Shown here: positions 50,101-62,623 of the stretch, piece by piece
Numbering within the stretch: position 1 is the first letter of the stretch
Layout: each line of letters begins with the position of its first letter
NCBI GenBank assembly: GCA_965644265.1
Contig: OZ286472.1
Location: 45,198,001 to 45,262,000, forward strand
DNA from: Glycera tridactyla
Taxonomy: Eukaryota
Direction: 5' to 3'
Length of the DNA stretch: 64,000 nucleotides
The notes under the pieces: model-generated
Database searches by the model: none
Told to the model about the DNA's origin: nothing
The model's input: only the letters and a program-made list of their open reading frames with translations
Translations under genes and position numbers: made by a program

Positions 50101-53100
50101 CCTGCCATTTGTACTGATCTTGGTTTTGATTCATCGGCTTCATGTTTTGTGTCCAGCTTCACGTCAATACTTGGTCGTACTGAATTTGGTGATGGTGCAT
50201 TCTTGATTTCACCAGGCAAACTTAACATGGATTCAGTTTTGATTTCAGTGATTACCGTGCCCATCTCTTGCGTCGATTTGTTTTCAGGCTCTTCTGTTTT
50301 CAGTTTCCTGTCAGTATCTCTCATCTGCATGGAATCTTGTACTGGCTCCATTCTTTCATTCTCCATATCTATCATTTTGATTGATTCAAGTCCTGTCTCC
50401 GCCAATGTTCGCTCCATGCCAAATTCCATATCAACAATTGAAGAGGCTGAAGTCGGTGATGATGTTTCCTCGATCCCACTGGGCATGTCTTCTACAGTCG
50501 GTGTAGATTCAACTTTTATTTCTGATACTGCTTTATCCATCTTCGGTAACGATTCTTGTTTAGGCTCCATTCCAATTCCTTCCTGACCAGACTTCACAGC
50601 CTTAACTCCTGGACCTGGGATCACTATTGATGCTTCAGCCTCTTCACTGGTCAATTTGACCATAGCTGGAGCTGATTCAATTTCCATAGTCAGTGTGCTT
50701 GTCAATTTCATCGATCCTGAATTGGATTCAATTATAGTTTGCTCAGAACTATGATTAGCCTCATGAATGGGTGATTCTCCGAGTATTTCCTCCATATTTG
50801 GCACCTTGTCGACACTACTTTCAATGACTGCTGTGTCAATGATACGCATTGATTCTTGCTGTAGCTGTGGTGGGACGGAAGTAGATACTGATGCATCCTC
50901 GGTTTCATTGAGCATGTCTTTCACAGTCGACATGGATTCAAGTCTGTTTACTGGTCTGTCTCTCTGTTCGAGCTCCATTGTTTTTTGCTCCAGATCTGAC
51001 TTCAAATCCTTGACTGAGGGAATGGTAGCATTCTCAAATTGATTATATGATTCTTCCATAGTTCCCAAATTCACTTCAATTTCAGTAACTGATGTGTCTG
51101 TCATCTGTAAAGATTTTGGTTGTGACTTCCTCATTGTATTTTCATTCTTCATTTCCAATGAATCTGACTGTGGCTTCACCAGTGTTTGTTCCGTTTGTGA
51201 CTTGATAGTAGGTGAGACTGACATTGGTGAGGATATATCCTTGTTCTCTTTGGACAGGTTTTCCATGGTTGGCACGGAATCAACTTTGAGTTCAGTGACT
51301 ACTTTGTCCATCTCTTGTATTGGTTTTTGTTCGGGCTCCAATTCGATTTTTTTCACATCAGACTCTACAACCTCGACTAGTGGTGGTGAACTTGGTACTA
51401 CTGTTTCACTGGTCAATCCTTCCATAGCTGGAAATGATTCGACTCTGATTTCTGTGATCTTCGTGTCAGTCATTTGTATTGATTCTGATTTCGGCTCGTT
51501 CAAAGTTTGCTCAGAATCAAACTTGGTATCATCGGCAGGAGACACTGCTATTGGTTTTGATGCATCCAAGGTTTCATTAAGCATCTGCTCCATCGTTGGT
51601 ACCGATTCAATTTTGCCTGTGAGCGACAATGGTCCCTGGTGTGACTCAGTAGGTGTTCCCTCAATCACTTTATCAGTCGAATGCAACTCTCCCATGGTTC
51701 TTCCCAATTTTACGACGTCAATTCCAGTAACTGATCCGTCGGTCTTCTGTGAAGATTCTGGTTGTGACTTCATTGTTGTTTGTACGATTGCTTTCTGCCC
51801 TATTCCTGATAAATCTGACTGTGGCTGCACCCCTGCTTGATCCATTTGTGACTTCACATCGATAATTGGTGAGACTGACATTGGTGCGGATATATCCTTG
51901 TTTTTATTTAGCAGGTTTTCCATGGTTGGCACAGAACCAACATCGATTTCGGTGACGGCTTTTTCCATATCTTGTGATGGTTTTTGTTTGGGCTCCGTCC
52001 TGATTTCATTCACATCAGTCTCCACAACCTCGACTAGTGGGGTTGAACTTGCTACTGCTGTTCCACTGGTCAATTCTGCTATAGGTGGATATGATTCCAC
52101 TGTAATCTTCGTGTCTGTCATTTGTATTGATTCTGATTTGGGCTCATTCAGAGTTTGCTCAAAATCATCGGTAGGAGACACTATTATTGGTTTTGATGCA
52201 TCCATGGTTTCATTAAGCATCTGCTCCCTCGTTGGTACCGATTCAAGTTTGTTGTCGGTATCTAATTTGTCTGCGAATGAAAATGGTCCCTGGTGTGACT
52301 CAGTAGGTGTTCCTTCAATCACATTATCTGTCAAATGCGACGCTCTCATAGTTGTTCCCAATTTCACGTCAATTTCAGTATCTGATTTGTCGGTCTTCTG
52401 TAAAGATTCCGGTTGTGACTTCATTGTTGTTTGTTCAATTGCTTTCTGTCCTATTCCTAATGAATCTGACTGTGGCTTCACCCCTGTTTGTTCCATTCGT
52501 GACTTCACATCGATAATTGGTGAGACTGACATTGGTGCGGATATATCCCTGTTCTCATTTGGCAGGATTTCCATGGTTGGCACAGAACCAACTTTGCTTT
52601 CAGTGATGGTCTTCTCCATCTCCCGCATTGTTTTTCGTTTGGGCTCCATTCTGATTTCCTTCACAACCTCGACTTGTGAAGCTGAACTCGCTACTGCTGT
52701 TCCACTGGTGAATCCTTCTATAGCTGGAGCTGATTCCACCTTGATTTCTGTAATCTTCGTGTCTGTCACCCATATTGCTTCTGGTTTGGACTGACTCCCA
52801 GTCTGCTCAAAACAAGACTCAGCATCATCAGCGGATGACACTACTATTGATCTTGATGCATCTGTGGTTCCATTGAGTGACCGTTCCATCGTTGGTACAG
52901 ATTCAGGTTTTATTTCAGTATCTGTCGTGTCTGTGATTGAAAATGGTCCAAGTGGCTCAATAGCTGTTCCTTCAATTGCCTTATCCGTCATATGCGATAA
53001 TCCACTACTTGTTCCCAATTTCACATCAATTTCAGTAACTGACGTGACTGTTATCGGTGAGGGTTCTGTCTGTGACTTCATTACTGTTTGTTCAATTGCC

Positions 53101-56100
53101 TTCTCCTTCACTTTCACTGAATCTGGCTGTGGGTTCACCACTGTTCGTTCCATTTGTGACTTGACATCGATGACTGGTGAGACTGAAATCGGTGAGGACG
53201 TGTCTTTGCTTTCATTGGGCCGGTCTTTCATAGTTGGTACAGAATCAACTTTGATCTCGGTGACTGTGTTGTTCATCTCCTGTATGGGTTTCCGTATAGG
53301 CTCTATCCTAATTTCCTCCACATCAGACTTCACCACCTCGACTTGTTGGGCTGGACTCGTCACCGATGTTTCAATGGTCAATCCTCCTGTAGCTGAAGCT
53401 GATTCCACTCTGATTTCTGGAATCCTTGTGTTTGTCAAATGTATCGATTCTGTTCTGGGCTCGTTCAAAGTTTGCTCAAAATCTGATTCAACATTATCGG
53501 TGGGTGACACTGCTATTGTTTTTGATCCATCTATAGTGTCATTGGGCATTTGCTCTATCATTGGCACTGATTCAGGTTCGATGTTGGTATCTATTGTGTC
53601 TGTGATTGGCAATGATCCCGGGTGTGCCTCAAAAGTTGTCTCATCAATTGCTCTATTTGCTGATTTTATCTCCTGTTCAAGCTTCGTTTTCCTCAAACCA
53701 AGCTTTAAATATCGTAATGGCGGGGCTGATGCATTTTCAAATTCCTTTTGTGATTCTCCTGTAGTTGGTACCGATATACCTTTGATTTCAGTACCTGATT
53801 CATCTCTCACCTGTGAAAATTCAGGTGCAGATTGGTCGATTGGCTTATCTGTCATATGTACTGCTTCTGATTGTGTCACCGTTAATACTTGTTCCGTGTC
53901 AGACTTCGCATCCAACCTTGAAGAGGATGAAATGGGTAGTGATGTATCCATGGTTTCATTGGGCATGTATTTTGAGGTATCCTCGGATTCGGTTTCGACA
54001 TCAGTTACTGATCCGCCCGTCGTTTGCAATGATCCCTGCCTGAGCTCCATTGTTTCCTCCAAACCAGACTTGAAATGTTTGACTGATGGGACTGTTGCCC
54101 CCTTGAATCGATCTTGCAATTCTTCAACAGTTGGCATTGATTCCACTTTGATTTCAGTCACCAATGTATCTGTCATCTGTGGCGAATCCAGTTGTGACTT
54201 TATTGGTGTTTGATCAATTGCAACACCCTTCATTGCCGCTGAAACTGGCTGTGGCTCTACAGGTGTTTGTCCCATTCGTGATTTGACATCAATAGTTGGT
54301 GAGACTGAAATTAGTGATGACGCATCCTCGGTCTCATTGGGCATGTCTTTGACAGTAGGTATTGATTCAACATTGATATCAGAAACTGTTACGTCCATCT
54401 CTTGCATTGATTCTCCTTTGGGCTGCATTTCAACATTTTTTGACTCAGACTTCACAACCTGGACTTGTGGTCCTGATATGGAAATCGATGTATTTGCTGT
54501 TTCACTAGTCATCCCCTTTATAGCTGGTGCTGATACAACATCGAATTCAGTAATTGTAGTGTCTGTCATTTTTATTGATTCGGTTGTGATATCAGTTGAT
54601 ACCACAACTTGCTTTTTTGATGATTCCTCCCTGGGCTCCAGTGTTTTCTTCAAATCGGACTCGAAATGCTGGAGTGATGGGACTGTTGCGCTATCGAATC
54701 GATCTTGCAATTCTTCAACAGTTGGGATCGATTCAACTTCGATTTCAGTCACCGATGTATCTGTCATCTGTGGCGAATCCAGTTGTGACTTTATTGGTGT
54801 TTGTTCAATTGCAACACCCTTCATTGCCGCTGAAACTGGCTGTGGCTCTACAGGTGTTTGTCCCATTCGTGATTTGACATCAATAGTTCGTGAGACTGAA
54901 ATTAGTGATGACGCATCCTCAGTCTCATTGGGCATGTCTTTGACAGTAGGTATTGATTCAACATTGATATCAGAAACTGTTACGTCCATCTCTTGCATTG
55001 ATTCTCCTTTGGGCTCCATTCTAACTTCTTTCGCATCAGACTTCACAACCTGGACTTGTGGTACTGGTATAGATATCGATGTATTTGCTGTTTCACTAGT
55101 CAGCCCCTCAACCGCTGGTGCTGATCCAAGATTGATTTCAGTGATTGTAGTGTCTGTCATCCTCATCGATTCTGATTTGGGCTCAATTAACGTTTGCTCA
55201 AAACCAGGATAAACATCCCGGGTGGATGATACCGAAGTAGATGTAGATGCATCCAAGGCACCACCGGGTATTCTCTCCTTAGTTGGTACAGCTGTCATGT
55301 CAGTGACTGCGTTGTCTGTGATTGGCAACGATCCCAGGTGTGACTCCATAGCTGTGTGTTCGATGGCTGAAACTGTTTTATGTACTGTCTCAGTATTTCG
55401 ATCCATGTCTATTTTTTCCATGTCAGACTTCGCATACAGTACATTTGAGGTTGATATTGGTAGTGATGCATCCTCGGATTTGCTAGGCATTTTTTTCACC
55501 TTTGGCATAGATCTAGTTTCGATTCCAGTATCCGATATTGATATTGGTACATCTTCACATTCATCGAACATTTTCTCCATATTTGATACCGAGTCCACTT
55601 TGATCTCAGTGACTGCCGTGTCAGTGACATGAATTGCTTCATGCTGTGGCTTTGGTGAGACTGATACAGAAAACTGTGATGATACATCTTTGGTTTCATC
55701 GGCCATGTCTTTTACAGTCGGTATGGATTCAGCTTCGTTTTCACTGTCTGATCTTTGCACTGATTTCTGTCCAGTCTCCATTGTTCTTTGCTCTGAACCA
55801 GCCTTCAAATCCCGAACTGACAGTACTGTTGCATCCTCGAATTGATTTCGCGATTTTTCCTCAGTCATTGCTGATTCCACTCCTGTTTCAGTAAGTGAAG
55901 TATCTGTTTTCTGTAAGGTTTCAAATTTGGACCTCACTACTGTTTGTCCAATTGCTGCATCCTCAATTGCCATTGAATCTGACAGTGGCTTCATCAAATT
56001 TTGTTCCGTTGATGCCTCCATATGCATAACTGGTGAGGATGCGTCCTGGCTTTCATTGGGCATATCTCCAACAGTCGGCATTGCTTGAACTTCGATATCA

Positions 56101-59100
56101 TCAATCACTATGTCGATTTCTTGTGATTTTCGCATGGGCTTCATATCAGAGCTCAGAACCTTGACTGGTCGAGCAAAAATTGCTATTGGTGCATCAATGG
56201 TTCCCTCTATGGCTGGAGCTGATTCGACTTTGATTTCAGTAGTTGTCGTGTCCGTCATTTGGACTGGTTCTGTCCTGGGGTCAATCAGAGTTTGCTGCTT
56301 TACTGGTGAGGAAGAAATAGATGTTGATGCATCTGTGACTTCATGGAAAGTTGGTTCTGATTCAACTTTGACTGTAGTGACTGACGAGTCGGTGATTTGC
56401 GGTAAACCCACTTGTGGCTCCTTTGTATTCTTCATATTCACTGACCCTTGATCTTGTCCAAGGTTTGTTTGTACCATGCCAGACTCTTTATCCGTGAGAG
56501 ATGCGACTGAGATTGGTAATGATGCGTCATTGATTGCAATAGTGGAGCCTGGCACGGTCTGCGTACATTCAGCTCTGATTCCAGTATTTGATCGTTGTTT
56601 CGGCTCCGTTGCTGTATGTTTCATATCAGTCTTCACAACCTCCACAGATGGAGCATAAATCCCTATTGATGTATCCTTCATTCCACTAGTCAATTCTTCC
56701 GTTGCTGGGACTCTGAATTCACCAACTGATGATTCTGAAATTGAAATTGATGTTGGAGCATCCATAGTTTCATTGAGCGATTTCTCCATATTTGGTACCG
56801 ATTCAACTTTGATTTCAGTGACTGCTGTGTCTGTGATTTGCGTTGATTTCTGCTGCTGCGTGTCTGTTATTTTCAATAATTCTGGTTTATGATCGAACAA
56901 ACTTTGCCCCAAACTAGACTTTGCATTCTTGATTGGGGGCACGGAGACTGATGTTGACGCATCCTCTGTATCCTCATTGAGCACATTCCCCGTGTTTGAT
57001 ACCAATTCATCCTTGTTTTCAGTGACTACTGTGTCTGTATTTTTCACTAATGTGTGATGTGGCTCTACTGCTCTTAGTACATCTTCCGCATCTGTCGTTT
57101 GTACTGATTCTGGACATGGTTTCAAGGTTACCTCCACATCAATACCTGATGGGTCTGAGACCGGTATCAATTTATCCCTGGTTTCATCGAGCACGTTCTG
57201 CACGAATGGCGTGGATTCAACTTTGATCTCAATATCTGCTAAGTTCATCTCAGACTCGATATCTTTGACTGAAGCATCTACTGATTCCTTTTCTCGTACT
57301 CCTTCTGTTTTCTGTTGCATGGCTGTTAATGGTGTTGATTCTGAATTAAATTTGGATTCGGTAACTTTAGATTTTGGTGCCTGGTTGTTTTTTAATCCAG
57401 TTGGTTCCATCTCCGGAAGTAGTTGATCAATAACAGCTGCATCAACTTCTCTGACTCTCAGCGGGTTGAACTGAGCTGGCATGGAATTCACAGGTTCACT
57501 CTCATTCATAGAAATTTCTGAAACTCTATCCTTTTTCGTCAGATTGTCCGATATTATTCTCTCTGTCTGAGCCACACTCCTGTTCATTTCCTGCTCGGGT
57601 TGAACTCTTTGAGCTGCAGGCGTCGATGCAACTGCGACTGGGGTCTCTATTGCATCTATTGCTCCAACATGTTCTGAGCTGGGATCTTCCCGCAAGTCAA
57701 TCACAATATAATCATCCATTTTGTCATTCGCATTGGGACCCTGGCTACTCGTGAAATGGAATAGTCTTTTGCTAATGTCGTCCTCACCGCCAGAATCTTC
57801 TGTTTCGTGTGGAAGTCGACTGACTCCATGTGAGGTCATATTTGAGGCACCTGGTATCTCTGCCTTATTGAACCCTGCATTAATATCATCGGTAATTCGA
57901 AGTGATCGAGACTGAGTAGTGGTTTCTTCATTTCCTGTGTTATGTTTGGGATCTACGTTGTCTTTGACGATATGCTTCGGTTGATACTGAGCTACAGTTT
58001 GTACCCTGCCATCCATATCCTCGAATTCCTTCAAAGATTTGCTCTTGATTACATCTTGAGAAGCGTAACTGTTAGATGTGCTCGGTGGTACCTCATTGGG
58101 GCCTATCACATTGGGATCACCTGTTACAGAATATGCAGAACTAGCACGGCTCAGAGTTTTACTGGCACTGTCAGCATCTGTGTTAGCACTCTTCCTATCC
58201 CTTGTATCGGTACTCGAGTTGACCGATATCTGCCTGACTATGACACTGTCATTGTGACTTATCGATACCGTAGTGCTATGCTCATTGTCTTCACAAGGAA
58301 TCACATTCTGAGCTTCATCAACAAGGAAGTCTATCACTAAATACCCACTACTACCACTGTCACTACCCACAGCTAGATCGTGCTTGTGTGATGAGCCGGG
58401 AAGGACAGGGCCTTTCTCCACCCGGGGACCTATCAAAGGAAGATCGTCACTTCTGAAACTTGGTACTGAACTTTCGCCGGGTTCTACCAACTCTACTTTG
58501 TCTTTCGAGTACCTACTTGGTTCATCCATAGCCGACCAAGAGGTTGGGAAACTCCGAGTTACAGATGCACCCATAGTATCTGCATGCTCGTTTTCTACTG
58601 TACTACCAACTTCCCTAGTGGCTATAGCCATCACTGGCCCACCCCCTGGATCTGATATCATTATATCCGTGCCCTCTAGAGCAGTCTTCCCTGTACCTTT
58701 GCTCGCTACTGTACCTACATTTGGTCCCTCCCTTTTCCCTATCTGTGCTTTTCGAAAGCTTTCTGTGAGTATATTGCCATATACAGCTGAGTAACCGTTC
58801 CCTGGTATCACTATTACGGGGATCTTTTCTAACACGATGTGAGTTTCAACGTGTTCTGTGGCTACATCAGTGGCAACATATGCTGACCAGAGCTGCAGAG
58901 TAGTATCCCCATGGATGTGCTCAGGCATCAGAACATCCGGTGAGCCAGAGATTGTTTTTCCCCCACCGAAAAACATGGCTTTCAATTTCTTCTTTATTTT
59001 AGCACCGATCCCTATGTCTTCATCAGCCTTTCTAGGGTCTGATGCCTGACTGTCATTGCTCGATCCCTTACTCAATCGAATAGACACATTACTTTCTGAG

Positions 59101-59674
59101 GGGCTATCCAAATGGGCCTCACTGCCTACTTCCACTGATACATCAACAGCACTGAATTGTGACTCAACACCAATATGTTCCGATATGTTTGTATCATGTA
59201 GCTGCGAGTCAGATTCGGGTATTATATCACTACTACTCCTCGGAAACTTTGGTGGTTCCTGGGTCTCTGATCCAGTACTCCGTGTAGCTCCCTCTACCGT
59301 ATCCTTCTGTATGTGTCCAGTACTCACAGGTCGATAAACTGTTCCATCAGACCTTACTGTATTCTCTTCCACTGGTATGTCACATATAATACTCCTATCT
59401 CCACCCGTGGCCACATCCCACTTCCGTTTTCTGGTTAATCCATGATCACCCATCGTGTTACCCACTGCACCATATTGTTCACTTTGTCCAAGTGATATTG
59501 ACTGTGAAATGTTAGTATAAGGAATATTTCCGGCAGATGTTTTTTCCTCTCTGGTGAGAGTATTGTCCTCCCGAAAGTCTTGCAGCATGGTCGCACTTCC
59601 GTAGTAGGCACTGCTTCCGGCACTGGCATTGCTCTGCATGAGTGAGGCCGGTCTTCCTGTAGCTCTCCTAGCAC
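47195..59674 (-). CDS. Giant (~12.5 kb, ~4160 codons) repetitive acidic S/T/E/P-rich exon
   Basis: Uninterrupted ORF 46626..59639; acceptor ggtccag at 59675 in phase 1 matches the upstream exon. Best donor G|gtgagt ends the exon at 47195 (length 12480, symmetric); alternative phase-1 donor at 46766, or read-through to the stop at 46626. Confidence 0.85.
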
Positions 59675-61053
59675 CTGGACCATATAGAACGTTAAATCAA
59701 GCGTCCATTCAATTGAATATGATTTTCTTTTCATACATTAAACTACGTAGGAAGGATTTCCGTGAACTGACTGCATGGACAAGGCACCTCCCATCTTTAG
59801 TGCACATGGACAATGACAAAATAGTCCTAAAACTGTGAAACATACCGACATTTCTTTGATTCATCCTTATAATGGTATAGTGCATAAAGAACATCTTTAT
59901 CAATAATAGAGTCAGATCGCCCCAATCTGGAGAGATTGAACCAAAGAGCACGATCCATGTCAAATAGAATGATCAATGGGCACCGTGACATTGTGTGTGA
60001 TGGTTATCAACATGTGCTTCTTGTTTCGGGTCTATCCGACAAATGAGAGGCCAAGGGTAGACTGAAAGATTCCCCAGAGTATCATTTTGTATTATTTGTG
60101 AATTGTTAGGTTATTTGGGATCAATGTATTGGCATGGGGCACCTAGACGAAAGCCTAACATATTCTTCCACCCCCCCNNNNNNNNNNNNNNNNNNNNNNN
60201 NNNNNNNNNNNNNNNNNNNNNNNNNNNNNNNNNNNNNNNNNNNNNNNNNNNNNNNNNNNNNNNNNNNNNNNNNNNNNNNNNNNNNNNNNNNNNNNNNNNN
60301 NNNNNNNNNNNNNNNNNNNNNNNNTTTCACGCTTTCTCCCAAGTATTGGGAACTCAGAAACTTCACAGAAACTAGACGAGGTGTTCAGGCCGAAAATATG
60401 ATGCAAAATGGGAAACAATCCTGATAGGCGGAGAGAGCTTGTCTAGGTGGATGGAAGTCGCATTACCATGACTCTGTATGAGGTTTGTTGTACACACGTG
60501 AAATCGAGGGGATTTACTGTGCTATTCATTGATTATGGATGTCGTATCTCCCTGTTTCAAAGAGGAAAATGAGCACAGTGGACCTGACCGGAATTAGGAG
60601 AAAGAAAAGATGAGAAAACCATTGTCTTGCAATTAACCAGTGCTAGAAAAGAATTGAATTTGTAAGAAGCATGCACATTCTATTCATATATATCATGCAA
60701 GTATTTCTGCTGAAAGAGAAAAGGGGCTATGATAAATCGATGACATTTTGAATCTTTCACAACTCAAGAGAGCAGCGTTAGGAGATGTCTGCACTGATGT
60801 GTGTGTGCTGGAAGAGAGAGAAAAGAATGGAGTTAAACAATGTGGATCTCTACCTTAATACAGCAGCAAAAATGGTATTGAGTCTCCATTGAAGTGGCGA
60901 TTCCCAGTATAGGCTCAATACTAGTGAGACAACATATTTTGCCAGGTTGTTTCTTAGAGGAAATTGTCGATACAAACAGAATGAGTCCCAATTCTTGTTT
61001 TTTGTACAGGAACTCTAATTGGGCGGAATGGATCTTGAATATGGTTGACTCAC

Positions 61054-61262
61054 CTACTGTCACGGCCTGGCTATCGACATCGCCGGTGATGGTCTTGCGT
61101 ACCTGAACGCCATCTACCGTTTCCCACATGGAATCATCCATACTCGAGTCACCGTAGGACATCTCGAAAGAGCCATCTACCGCGCTGGACTCCGACACGG
61201 ATGACTGACCAGCTGGTCGCCGCTGCGCTCCTTCCTCAGCGTCCAGCTCCATCTGCCAGTAC
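61054..61262 (-). CDS. Coding exon of the giant gene
   Basis: cttacag|(K)YWQMELDAEEG...DSQAVTV|gtgagt; 209 nt, phase 2-1. Confidence 0.88.
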
Positions 61263-61858
61263 CTGTAAGTCAGTCCGTGGATATAACACTATTGTGGGGA
61301 TTTGATTCAATATGAGGGTGAATCTGTATGGATACTAATGTGTTGAGATGAAGATCCTGGATACAGGTTCATCGCTGGTTGCAATCTCTTCCGCTGAGAA
61401 TGAATAAAGTTTATCTAATCTTANNNNNNNNNNNNNNNNNNNNNNNNNNNNNNNNNNNNNNNNNNNNNNNNNNNNNNNNNNNNNNNNNNNNNNNNNNNNN
61501 NNNNNNNNNNNNNNNNNNNNNNNNNNNNNNNNNNNNNNNNNNNNNNNNNNNNNNNNNNNNNNNNNNNNNNGAAATTCAGAGACAGTATGTGCTATCAGAA
61601 CAACACGGATCATCTTGAAAACTAGTTGTCGATATTCCGGTCCAACACGTGAGGCTATTGAAATTGAATCGGCCTCTCCTGCACTGGAGAATCAATTCAT
61701 TGCAATTTATTCAGCTAGCTATTTAGCTTTTTGGGGTTGGTGAGAGTCATCTCGACCATCATCGACCCACAGCAAGTGTCAGTGGTGAAGCTTAGCGTTG
61801 ATGACATACAGATGAATGAAAATATTGTGGGAATGAGGGAATTTCGGTGCTGACTTAC

Positions 61859-61980
61859 TTAGTGAAGTATTCCTTATTCACGAACTTGAGTTGTTCCCAC
61901 TTATCGACGATCAGCATCAACTCGGGCGAATTGGAGGACTCCACCACACACTTGAACATCTCCCAGTCAGCCCACATATC
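61859..61980 (-). CDS. Coding exon of the giant gene
   Basis: tctag|DMWADWEMFKCVVESSNSPELMLIVDKWEQLKFVNKEYFT|gtaagt; 122 nt, phase 0-2; not in the ORF track. Confidence 0.85.
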
Positions 61981-62239
61981 CTAGACACGGTGAGAGAACG
62001 ATGAGTATTAGATCATAATCAAAGTTGTGATCGTGAACTTAATGAGTATAGCCTGTTGTGTCGGGGCAGGTGTGGTTATGTGGGTGTTGCTGTGCTCCTG
62101 TTTGCAAGAGTGGGAATGTCGATATTCTTTTATAGTTTTGTCGTAGATGAAATGTTTTTAGTTTTTGTGGTGGTTGTGGTCGTTGATCTTTTCCAGAATG
62201 GTAGAGACTTCTATCGAACTTAGAGGTAATTCCACGGTG

Positions 62240-62475
62240 GTGTTGCTGATTGTGGTGGTGGTGGTGGTGGTTGGATAATTATGCTGTCAGCAATAGTGGT
62301 GGTGGCAGTGGTGGTGGTTCGGCGACCAAAGTGGTTGTATTGTTGGCGGTATATGTAGGAGCGGTGGTGGTAGCAGAGGTGGTTGGGGTCATTGATGGCG
62401 ATGATATTTGTGGAGGTGGCCATAGCAGGGTGATGGTGGTGGTGTTGTAGGTGTTGGCGTGGTGGTGGTGGTACA
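62240..62475. repeat. GGT-rich intronic low-complexity tract
   Basis: Direct observation. Confidence 0.85.
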
Positions 62476-62564
62476 ATCAAATTCCGTTTGTAGTATATAT
62501 TCTTCATTTCCATCTTCATCACTCGGATAATCGAAATATACTTCAGACGGTAAAATCATCCTAC

Positions 62565-62623
62565 CTGATTCGTGATGAACGAGCCATTTTCAGTGGGTAC
62601 AGGGAACAACCGGAAGATGGCAT
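62565..62623 (-). CDS. Most 5' exon recognised in the window (gene continues upstream)
   Basis: ttcacag|(D)AIFRLFPVPTENGSFITNQ|gtagga; 59 nt, phase 1-0, matches the next exon. Confidence 0.8.

Larger units (their letters stand above)
2702..61570. other. Assembly/masking gaps: 2702-2905, 21774-21916, 22727-22925, 25416-25641, 25672-25826, 32564-32806, 60178-60324, 61424-61570
   Basis: Runs of N, mostly next to simple repeats; the span given only brackets the list. Confidence 0.99.

Noticed and set aside
46700-59400. Many plus-strand ORFs up to 449 aa opposite the giant exon
   Set aside because: Antisense shadows of a repetitive coding strand (Ser/Ile/Val-rich mirror composition)
46626-59639. 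Naming the gene titin, shot/dystonin/MACF1 or a mucin
   Set aside because: No Ig/Fn3, spectrin, CH or GAS2 domains and no signal peptide visible in the window; only plectin-type repeats are supported
2540-61618. ORFs containing X runs or poly-M/D/H/S-L/E-R tracts
   Set aside because: Artefacts of N gaps and microsatellites
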